A DNA stretch of 64,000 nt from the NCBI RefSeq assembly GCF_009914755.1, contig NC_060931.1; one strand, written 5' to 3'. Positions 54,035 to 64,000 of this stretch are shown here, piece after piece (within the stretch, counting starts at the first letter, position 1; the number at the start of each line of letters is the position of its first letter). The notes beneath the pieces were generated by a model, which did not search any database, was not told where the DNA came from, and worked only from the letters and a program-made list of their open reading frames with translations. Both the position numbers and the translations under genes were made by a program. The DNA comes from the human T2T-CHM13v2.0 reference genome, Homo sapiens.

Positions 54035-57000
54035 GTCAGTATCTCTCAACTGCTTTCCACTGGGCTGCATTAAGGATGGTTTAACCGTATAAATCACCAA
54101 ATAAATAATAATGAGTTAAATCCAATTGACTCCAACAGAGCAAAGATGGTAATAAATTTTCATATGAAAAGCTGTATGACTACATTATTTATTAAATACC
54201 ACCAAGAAAATATGTGTTTGCAAAACTCTTCTCTCTTCTTAAAGGAAAGGTTGGCTTTAATCATGTGGAAACACTTTTTTTTTTTAACTTAAAACCCACT
54301 ACAATTGTGCTGTTGGTTACCGTGCAGTTTCCTGGAAAGTAAAACTTTAATGACTGGAGTGTGAAGAAAATTAAGTTATTTCAACCTTACTATAGCCATT
54401 TTTGAAATACAAGATGTGATTTAATATAAAAAAGTTAATGCAATTTTAATGCAAGTTCAGCTTATTGGGTTTGACAATACTGTACATCACACATAGCTCT
54501 TGCATTAATAAAGAAATACAATCATTATTTTTTAAAGTCCAATATTTGTTTTTTGCAGCCTGGTGTGGGCTATATGGAGATGTAGAACACAATTATAAAA
54601 GGCTGGGCTTTTTTTTTTTTTTTTCCTTTTTACCTCTATCATTTAGTGTGAAGCTTTCAGAGTTCATCCTGCTTTTTTGGAAAGAGAAGCTGAGACTTGG
54701 GCCTTTCTCTCCCTTTTATTGTCATTATTGCTCCTGGAAGTTAATGACTTTAAGCACATTGAGGGCTCACCCAAGTTTAGAGTGAGGGTTGGCCTTGACA
54801 TTCTTATTCCACTCGCCACCAAGACTCCCTATGGCCTCAGATCCCGTAGTCCATCTCGGAGGACAGATCACTCTGTGCCTGTGGACAGAAAGCCTGGGGA
54901 AATGTCTGCTGGCTTATGGAAGCCTAGAGAGTTTTCCTGGGACTCTCAGGAACAGGATTTTTGGTGTCATACGCTTTATAATTTTATGCTTGTAACATTG
55001 TGTGTGTGTTCATGTAATTATGTGTGTCTGTGTGTGTGTATGTCTGCACACCTGCCTGTGAACATACTGGGGGTAACACACTCTAATGCCTTCAGGTTGG
55101 GTAGGCAGCCCCACAGGCCCAGGTCAGTGAGGAGTGGTGGCCCTCCGACAAACTGGAGAGTGCATGCCCTGCCTTGAGCCCACAAATCCTATTTTTAAAA
55201 TGCTGCAGGCCAAAACCCCCAAATCTATGACCCATATATGGTCTGAGAGCTACTTATTTGCCTTCCCTCTTACCATAATATCACTATTGGCAGTGATGTA
55301 ACACCTGGAATCTGAGGGCCAGCATATAATTTTGTATACATTCCCGAAGTATATTTATTTTGCTCATTAGAATAACTGTATTTTTTTAAAAAGGGAAGCA
55401 CAGTTACTTGGTGTGAATTTAGCAAAGTGCACAAATACATTAGGAGCAAGGCCTGTGGGGTCTAAAGCAGCAGTTCTAAACTCAGCTGTGCAGAATCCTA
55501 GGGCTCTGCAGAGTCTCCCCCAAAGGGTCCTGAAAGGAACACTGCAGGGAATGGCCAAGTATGGGCTTAGCCCTCTCCACACCTCCCCTCATTCTTCAGA
55601 TAAAGCAGCCCCACTTCTCTAAATCTGTTCTTTGTATTGGAGGGGATACAAGAAAGGGGTAAAACATGGGCTCTGGAGCAGCCTTCCTGGGCTTGAACTT
55701 GAACCCCCTCTCAACTAGACATGGGACTTGGGCAAGTTACTAACCTCTCTGTATCTCATTGGTAGATTAACTACAGCATTAGAATAGTGCCTGGCTATTA
55801 TACATTGAGCTTAGTAGTATGCCTGTATTTAATTTCCTACCCCTCACATAAGAGTTTTGCATTGGTTCTTGTAGAAGAACAACAGATATAGGATTATTAT
55901 GTTCCACATGGCTCCCACAAGGCTGCAATGAAAGTCCTGAATCAAGGACTCTAAGATCAAATGACTCTTGTGGTCATCTGGCTTGACCAGGGCAGGAATC
56001 CTTCCCATGTCATCCTGGTGAAGAGCCCACGTGCTGCACTCAAAACATGCCGAGCAGTTGCCTTTCCCTACCAGAGAAGGGCTGTTCCATCCATAGTGGA
56101 TGTAAACATGTGTTTGTATAATATCATTTTAATTGGGCAAATGATGTTAGAGTAATAACAAAAGAATTATTTTCAAAGATTTTAAGTTTTATCCACATCA
56201 AATATTTTTATGTCTTACATTCTGTTTTAGATCTTGTCATTGTACATACATAATTCTACCATTTTAACAATAATCATTCAAGTTTACTTAATAGTTATCC
56301 AGCTTACTTTCTATTTTATTCTCATATTATAAACATTTTCTATTTTTCTAAAGAGGTGTCATAATGATCCATTTTAATGACTATGCAATATTTCATCTAG
56401 TTTAGTACTGTAATAAGCTATTTTCAATATTTATGTATTTTGAAACAATACATGTTTTTATGCAGTTATCTTATTTCCTTTTGAATAATATCTTCAAGCT
56501 ATATCCTAGGAGTATATTCTGAGTTAAAGGGGGATAAATATTTTTGCAGCTCTTGATAATCTATTTCTAAATTGCTTTCCAAAAGGATTATGCTAGTGTA
56601 CATGTCCCCCAGCCATAGATCTGCATAATGGTGTCAATACAGACTTTCCAGCATTGAGTAAATTTTCTACATTATTTTTGTTAATTTAAAAGTCAAAAGT
56701 AGTATTTCGTTGCTCTTTTTGAATCAAAAAATCCCACTGATCCCAATGAGTTCTTTCTGGAACAACAGAGAATAAATTAGCTGAGAGCTTCAAATATATG
56801 AAGATAGGATCAAATGGAAACTCAATGGAAGAGTAGCATATAAACGTAAGTTATTACTTGTAAAGATATTTGAGTTCCTCACAAGAAGTCCAAACCAAAT
56901 GAAATTTTCCAAAGAAATCAATGAAATGCAACTTTGAAAATTTTTTTCTACCAATCATTTTTTTTTAATGAGATAGGGCATGTTTTTTGGTACTTCTTCG

Positions 57001-57098
57001 GGAACTTTCTGACCCTACTTAAGTGGAAAGAAGATGTTTTTAAAACCCATGCCTTGGTTCCACAGGAAAGTGAGCTAGCTGTATCTGTTTCCTTGCAG
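54035..57098 (+). other. POU6F2: POU6F2 intron (3064 nt, GT-AG, phase 0)
   Basis: GT at 54035 and AG at 57097-98 join the two exons in frame. Confidence 0.93.
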
Positions 57099-57327
57099 CC
57101 ACTTCTGACGGCACAGCAGTTAGCTTCTGCTGTGGCCGGCGTGATGCCGGGAGGCCCCCCAGCCCTCAACCAGCCAATCCTCATTCCCTTCAACATGGCG
57201 GGACAGCTAGGAGGCCAGCAAGGACTGGTTCTCACACTGCCAACAGCGAATCTCACCAACATCCAAGGGCTGGTGGCAGCAGCTGCAGCCGGAGGCATTA
57301 TGACTCTGCCACTGCAAAATCTACAAG
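57099..57327 (+). CDS. POU6F2: POU6F2 internal coding exon (229 nt): PLLTAQQLASAVAGVMPGGPPALNQPILIPFNMAGQLGGQQGLVLTLPTANLTNIQGLVAAAAAGGIMTLPLQNLQ
   Basis: Acceptor tctgtttccttgcAG (57097-98) and donor AAG|GTAATC at 57328. It has 76 codons plus 1 nt and matches the recalled POU6F2 protein. It lies within ORF 56934..57338 and is GC/CpG-enriched relative to its flanks. Confidence 0.96.
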
Positions 57328-60300
57328 GTAATCCATAATGTCCATGCGCCACGTAAGGCTCTACCCGTTGGCCAGTATTCTCTGAAGTGGGCAAAAAAAA
57401 ATGTGCCTAGAATGGTGAATGTGGTTCAGAGTTGCTTCTGCCCTAAATGATATGGAAGGCTTCCACAGGAAGCAAAATTTTCAGTTGTCTGTGAATCCTG
57501 AGCCTGCACAAGCCATTGGTTTTATCAATCCTCATTTCCTAACATTGGTATCAAAACTTTTCAGGACTCCTGGAAGCATTTATGAGTCATCATTGCATGA
57601 CATATCAGAAACTTAAAAGTAAAATTCCTGTGTTGTTATTTGAAGACCTGAGTTATCATCTCACCAATTCTTCAATTTAGCCATGGGTAAAGAAAAGTTA
57701 GAGGTTGCTTTTTTGTGTTTGAAGTGATTGGAACATCTCAAATACAAGATATTATTTGGAATAATTTATTAATGATTATTTTGCTCTACAAAGTATGTTT
57801 TAGTTATAGTTATTAAACAAAAATTGTGTTATTTGAGCTCATATTTTGCAATGAGAAAAATAGACTTGTATGTTGAGCCTTTATACTACAGGGACATATA
57901 ACAAGTCAGACTCTAATTTTACTTAGGAAGGGTAGTTGTCTTGATATTATGAAGGTTTTGACTTTTCTTTAAAAGATTTGGTAGCATTGACTGATAGATT
58001 GATTTACAAAAGATTCTGTCAGAGGAGTAATTATTTTGGTGGAAAATGACCTGAATATAAATAGGATGCCTGCTAAAGAGAAAATGAATTTATTTTGGAC
58101 TAGTCAAAGATGTTTGTTTTCTTCATATATATATAAAATTAACAATTAAAATTTTTGCAGAATGAGGGCCTGTCTGGGTAAGTTATCAGAATAGCAATTT
58201 AAAATACTTTTTTAGCTGGTCAAATGTTAGGGCTTCATATAATTTATCGGAGAATCAGTCCACAAGACTAAGAAACAGACCAAGTAAGAACTGTTCACTC
58301 TTGACCCAAACTTCTTTCCGTTCTCTATGTTCTGTTACCCCACCCATTGTTGCCACTTCTTGACTTCCATTTTGATGTTTAAAACGAAGTCTCTCTTGTA
58401 CCATTAAATTGTGCCAAGAAACCTGCCATTCATAAATCATGCATGCCCAGGATACGCTAATGCACAAACTTTGCTTGTTTCAAATTTGAGAGTGCCTGGG
58501 AAGCCAGATCTCAAGATTAAGCAAATAAAGCAGGAATACACAAGGTGAAAGCCGAAGCAACAAAGTGTAGGGAGAGGCGTTTTAATGTAGGTGGATGATG
58601 AAATCTTAATGAAGAAATGGGCATTATCAAAATGCAGCCTTCCGTTTGGAACATTTGTGCTTATGGGAATATTGAATATTATAAATAAACATAAGCTCAA
58701 AGAGCTCCTAGGCCATGAATTAATCCTGCTTGGTTAAGATGGTTGCCAAAAATCAGAGTTTAAAAAAAAAGTAGGCTTGTTATTTCTTGATCATAGTTTG
58801 ATATTCTTAAGATATTAGTACCTGTTTTTTTAAGGGTTCAAAATTAATGATTGGTCCAACGTGGACTTCTTCCACCAAGATTTTCCCTTTTGTTTTTGTT
58901 TGTTGTAAATATCAAAGTTCATTATTAGCGTATAGTTTGGAGTTTGGTTCTTTGAGTCACCTCTGGTTTCAGAAAAGGAATCCCAAGCTTTGTAGCCTGA
59001 TTAAGTAGGGGAAACAAAAGTTCTTGCTTTTCTTATCCCTGGGCACTTCTGACACAATTTCCCTCTCAGCATCATCTTCAGAAGTGGGTTGGAGTTGACG
59101 CCCAAGCTCTTGTCTGCTACACAAGCACAAGTGAACATTTCCCCCTTTGTCTTCCTCTTTGAAATTTGACTGACGTTGGAGGGAAGGTGATGAGGTTATT
59201 AGAATAAATCACCTCCCAGTTGCAAATCAGCTGGTTATAGGAAAAGCTTTCTAATTAGTATAAGTCTCAGGTAACCCAGAAAGAGGTGGTCATCCTAACG
59301 AGAAGTTCAAGGGCAATAAGGATGGTAATCAGGAAAGTCTCATGCCTCAAAAGTGCCCAAGATAAATGTCCACCACCTAAAGGGCAAAGCCAGTGGTCAC
59401 CTTGTAATCAATCCACCAGCAGCCATCCCAAAGCTGATTTTCCCACCTTTAGGCGACCTATTGCACAGCCCTTGATAATCCCTAGGCAGAATCAATGGCT
59501 TGTGGAGCTTTCCAGGTTATGTTGCAGAAGCAGTGGGACTCGGGATGGTGAGTGAATGTCTGACAGGCTGAAAGGTCATCTGCAGGGGTTCTGAGACTGA
59601 GCTAGTCTTCAGGATGACCTCAAATCTCATCCTCTCTCAAAGGTGAGAGTTAAGGGTGAGAGTCTTGTAAATGGACTATCAGTACCTTAGAAGGAATCCT
59701 TACATGCATTCATGCAGTCAACAGCGAGGGGAGAAGGCTGTTTCCTTTCCCCCATCTCTTTCCTGTACAATAAATACAGTATTTATCAACCCAAGGCTTT
59801 TCAGAGTCTTTAAAAACAACTCTTAAGTCTGCTCGTCTATAATAAACACCCCACTTCTCCAGTGATTTTATAAAACATATTTGGTGGGTCATTGTGAGGG
59901 GCAGGTTTCATACCTAGTCTGCACACCTAGTCTGAAGCACAGCCTGTTACCATGTAACATGCTTGGTCATGAATAGTGCCCTTTTCCTCATTGTGAAGTG
60001 TTAAGCTTTTATTCATGAAACAGTTCGGCCAACTGGAATTATCTCCAGCCTTCCTACCCAGCCCTCTAGCCTGTCTATTCTTCTAGCTCAAAAGTCACAA
60101 ATTTGCTAGGATGAAAGGAAAAAAAAAAGTTGCTGACATCAGTCTCTTAATGGTTTGGAATTCAGGGATAAGTTTTCAAATATTTTCCTTTTTACTGAAG
60201 TGATTGAGAGCGTGTTCATTTACATCCCCTATCAAGTCACACAGAATAGCTCTCAGAGCCTTGGAGGCCATGATTTACACATGTATTTTAATGAGCACTC

Positions 60301-60359
60301 ATGACATGCTGTTACACTGAGAGCAGCTCTTCTCGACTCTGACAGCGGGGGTCATATCA

Positions 60360-60534
60360 CAATCTCCTCTTAAAACATGGTCCCCAGACCAGCGGCATCA
60401 ATGTCTCCTGGGAGCTTGCTGGAAATACAGGATCTCAGGCTCTACCCGAGATACCCAAGACTCTCGGAACAGAATCTGCATTTTTAAAAGATCCCCAGAT
60501 AATCCCCATGCACATTAAAGTTTAAGAAATGCTG
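60360..60534 (+). mobile_element. MER5A
   Basis: tggtccccagaccagcggcatc...ctgggagcttg...agaatctgcattttt...gcacattaaagtttaagaaatgctg. Confidence 0.8.
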
Positions 60535-60572
60535 ATCTAGGGAGATTATTCAAAGTTCATTAGGCAACTCCC

Positions 60573-60942
60573 TGCCTTAGTCTGTTTGGGCTGCTATAAC
60601 ATAAAAACCATAGGTAGGGTGGTTTATAAACAACAGATTGTATTCCTCACAGTGCTGCAGCCTGGGAAGTCCAGGATCAAGGCACAGGCAGATTTGGTTC
60701 TGGTGAAGGCCCACTTCCTGGTTCATAGATGTCTGTCTTTTTACTGTGTCCTCCCACCACAGAAGGTATGAGAGAACTCTCAGGGTTCCTTTTATAAAGG
60801 CACTAATTTCGTCATGAGGGCTCCACCCTTATGACCTAATCAACTCCCAGAGGCCTCACCTGCTGATACCATCACCTTGGGGGTTAGGATTTCAACATAA
60901 AAACTTGGTGGGTTGGGAGGAACAAACACCCAGTCCATGGCA
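60573..60942 (-). mobile_element. MLT1A-type MaLR solo LTR
   Basis: tgccttagtctgtttgggctgctataac ... ggatttcaacat ... cagtccatggca. Confidence 0.85.
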
Positions 60943-63109
60943 TCCCCCAATATCACCAGCAGCCAGAATCAGAGACTCTTATGACAATGGATGACCCACA
61001 TGAAGGCAGTGAATGTCCTTATTAATGCTCCCGCTCTCACTCACCACCCCAGGCCTCCAGATGAGAATGACAGAAAGGAATAATGTGTGGGAACGTTTTT
61101 GCTTCTGTTAGGAGTTTCATATCCTCAAGACCAAGGGAAGTTCTCTTACATAGTGGAAGCCCTCTTGAAGTCCTTGCTCTGAGATTTTATCCAATGAAAG
61201 TTTTGCTTTGCTGATAAAAAGACCTTATAACTCAGCAGAAAACCTGTATGTGTGGCCTGGGAATTATTTTATCTTTCTCTCAGATCCTTCCCAGCAAGAA
61301 AGAGATTGATTCCTGTCTCATCAGTGATGAGTTCTTATTGTAAGAAGATACACAGTTGTAAGGAGTTAGACATCTTGCAGGATCCTAGGAACAGCCCTGT
61401 AACCCAGCCTCATTGGAACCTGGAATGAATTTGGGCATTAGAGCATCCAGCAAACCACAAGGCTGCAGGCTGTATCATCCTCTCCTCTGCAGGAGGCAGG
61501 CATCTAATCCCCACACCCAGAATGACTAATGACCCATCTCCCTGTCTTCTCCTGCGCCCTCCAGGACGTTTCTCTACTGCATTGGATGGCTTTTGGCTGA
61601 ACCATGATTCCGGTTCACTCATGTTCCATTTTGTCTCCTCTAAGGTCAGGCATCTTTCCAATTCATGTACCTGTCAGGAACTCTCCATTTTTCTCTGTCT
61701 CCATCATCTTTATCCTTATCTCCATGTCTGTCTAAAATTCTGACTATCCAAGAGAGAAATTACCATGAGGCTGAGCCTTTTAATTTAAGCTATCTCATGT
61801 CACTGGCCAGACTGGAGATTGACTGCCCCCAGACTGAGATGTTCGTTTCTGTCCTCTTGGCTATGATGTGGGTGGGAAGTGGGAAGCCAGAATGATGTGG
61901 TATGGAACATGGACAAGCGAGCTTAAGAAACAAGCTGAGCCTCTCTCATCAGCAGAAGGGGTGGCAGGTAAGGCAGGCTGGACATTGGCCTTTCTCTTGG
62001 GAACAGTAAAAGCCAGTAGGGCCTCTTATGAGCAAGGACTGAAACAAATTCTGAGCTCAGGAGATGCCAATGGTGAGGTTTAGGTTCTGAGTGTTTTGAA
62101 CGAAGACCTTGGAAGCTCTGGGTGGGATTCAGAAATGCTCTACTCAGAGCATTCAGATGAGATCTAGAAATGACCTCCTCCTCAAAGCCCTGTGTCCCTA
62201 TGTGAAATAAGTGAGTTCTGTGCCCTCTCGTACCTTGCCTTGAGTGCCCCTTTCCCCTTCCAAGTACCATCCATCATCAGCTACACTGGGTCTCTCCATC
62301 CCTGCGTCCTTTATCCCATGTTTATTGGGCTTTGGCCTCTGATGACTGTAAGCAAGCACACACCTGTGAAATAAGACGAATAATAGCCATAAACTCCAAA
62401 GAAAGAAGATAATTAAGCTTGCTCTGTCACATATTCCATAAGCTCCTTGAAAAGTCAGTGTCTTCCCTTTTACTATTACTTTGGAACACAGATAGCTGTA
62501 CTAAAGATGTGCAGTCCTAGGGTAAAAACAGAGGTTGTTAGTTGATGTAGCAAAATAAAATCCCCTTTATGGAGCTCATGCAAATGTGTTGGATCCTTTG
62601 CTTTTTTGAAACATAGGCAGGAAATGAAGATATATACAGCCTCGATGTGAGTGACAACAGGCAGCAAAAGGGTTAATGGAACGGTAGAGCTGAGTCTACT
62701 TCTGGGACAGATGGTTCAGGTTAGTGACTTGTTCTCACAGCACAGGCCAGAATGACCTACTAATCACTGTAGGCAACATGAATGGAGAATATAAATGTGC
62801 TACATAGGAGATTTATGTCAAAGTGTGAACATTCCAGTTAAGTCAAGCATAACATTTAAATTAATGACCAAAAATACATTAAAGAGTGCTGCTAAACCTG
62901 AACATGGAAAAGCAATTAGGTTCAAGGCCAGTTGAAAAATCAAGGCCAAGGATGGTTTTTCTTCCCTTCACTCTAGCAGGAAACCTGCCCCGGTTTTCTC
63001 TGACTCCCCAAATTAAAGCCTGTGGATGCTGAAGTACCTGGGAATAGTTTGGGGATTAGGGATTTCATGTGCAAGTTACATTATATTCCATTTTGTTTGT
63101 ATGATTGTT

Positions 63110-63500
63110 GTTTTCACTGAGGTATCCTTTACATACAAGAAAATGCATGGACCTTACTTGCTTAGTTAAATGAGTTTTGATAATTGCATCCACCCATGCA
63201 GGCTCCATCAATACAGAAAACATTTAATTATCTCTAAAAGATTCCTCTGTGTCCCTTTGCAGTCAGTCCCCTCCATCCAACCAGGTAATCTGTTTTTTTC
63301 CTGTTCTAGAACTTCACATAAATGGATTCATATTATATGTATTCTTTTGTGTCTGGCTTTTCTCATTCGGCATAATGTTTTTGAGGTTCATCCATGTTGT
63401 CGTGTATACAACAGTATAGTAGTTCCTTTCTGTTAATTTCCAAGCAGTGTTTCATCATAAAAATATGCTACATTTTGTTTATCTATGACCATTCCAACAT
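63110..63500 (-). mobile_element. Old L1 3' fragment
   Basis: ttctagaacttcacataaatgga...tctggcttttctcattcggcataatgtttttgaggttcatccatgttgt. Confidence 0.75.
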
Positions 63501-64000
63501 CCCAGTGGGCAGACATCACGGAGGTTCCTTGATTGGGTGTCTCTAGGGAAGCACCTTTGGCCACTGTTCTCTTTGGCCCTTGGCCACACCCCTGGGAGAT
63601 TCTTTCCTGTCCGTTATCTTCCTTGGCCACATCTGATGAGGAAGTTGAGGAATATACCTTTCTTCGGGGAGTTTCTCAGTCCCTGTATAGCTTATAGATG
63701 CTGGAGATCTAATGGGCTGCTTGATGTTTCCAACAGATAGGGATGTGTAGCTCCTTTGAAAATGCAGTCCCTCAGAAAAGGGAATGCTTCTTTTCTTTCT
63801 GCTTCCAGTCAGTTCCCTGTGCCAAAGTTTTTTCCAAGACAGACATCTTGAATCTAATTTATTTTGCTTTCTTGTTCCCTACACCCTTCTCTTTCAATTA
63901 AATCAGCCTTGATGTGAGGGCATTCTGGCCTCCTTGGTGTTCTTTGCACGTACTCCTAGCCCAGGGCCTTTTGCACAGGCTGTTCCCTCTGCCTGAAGCA

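Larger units (their letters stand above)
57328..64000 (+). other. POU6F2: 5' part of the next POU6F2 intron (phase 1)
   Basis: Begins GTAATC. The following poly-Gln-encoding exon is not seen in the window. Confidence 0.85.

Noticed and set aside
54677-55177. 166-aa intronic ORF
   Set aside because: Non-ATG start, includes TG-repeat translation, and has no recognisable homology or clear splice context.
56934-57338. 134-aa ORF as a stand-alone gene
   Set aside because: Only 57099-57327 is exonic POU6F2. The extensions are intron read-through beyond clear splice sites.

Overview
Human (or very close great-ape) genomic DNA from inside POU6F2 (RPF-1, class VI POU-homeodomain factor, 7p14), transcribed on the + strand. 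Only two coding exons are present: 53943-54034 (92 nt) and 57099-57327 (229 nt). They splice in frame to ...GARGNPALSDPGTPDQHQASQTHPPFPVGPQ|PLLTAQQLASAVAGVMPGG...PLQNLQ. The rest is intron with 12 Alus, MIR, L2 and L1 fragments, solo LTRs (MLT2B, THE1D/MSTA, MER77-like, LTR12, MLT1A) and hAT/TcMar fossils. The most notable observations are four. (1) A ~95-bp L1-type insertion made only of the 5' end of ferritin-L mRNA (the iron-responsive element) plus an A-tail and a 13-bp TSD, at 13254-13348. (2) A 63-bp-arm near-perfect inverted repeat at 14094-14234, fully paired as RNA. (3) A second mini-retrocopy made only of a MER41 LTR R segment plus poly(A) and TSD, at 20593-20670. (4) A sense-oriented LTR12 with intact CCAAT boxes but a mutated poly(A) signal, 9 kb upstream of the exons. 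Gene and repeat-family names come from recalled sequences, not database searches, and boundaries of old repeats are approximate.
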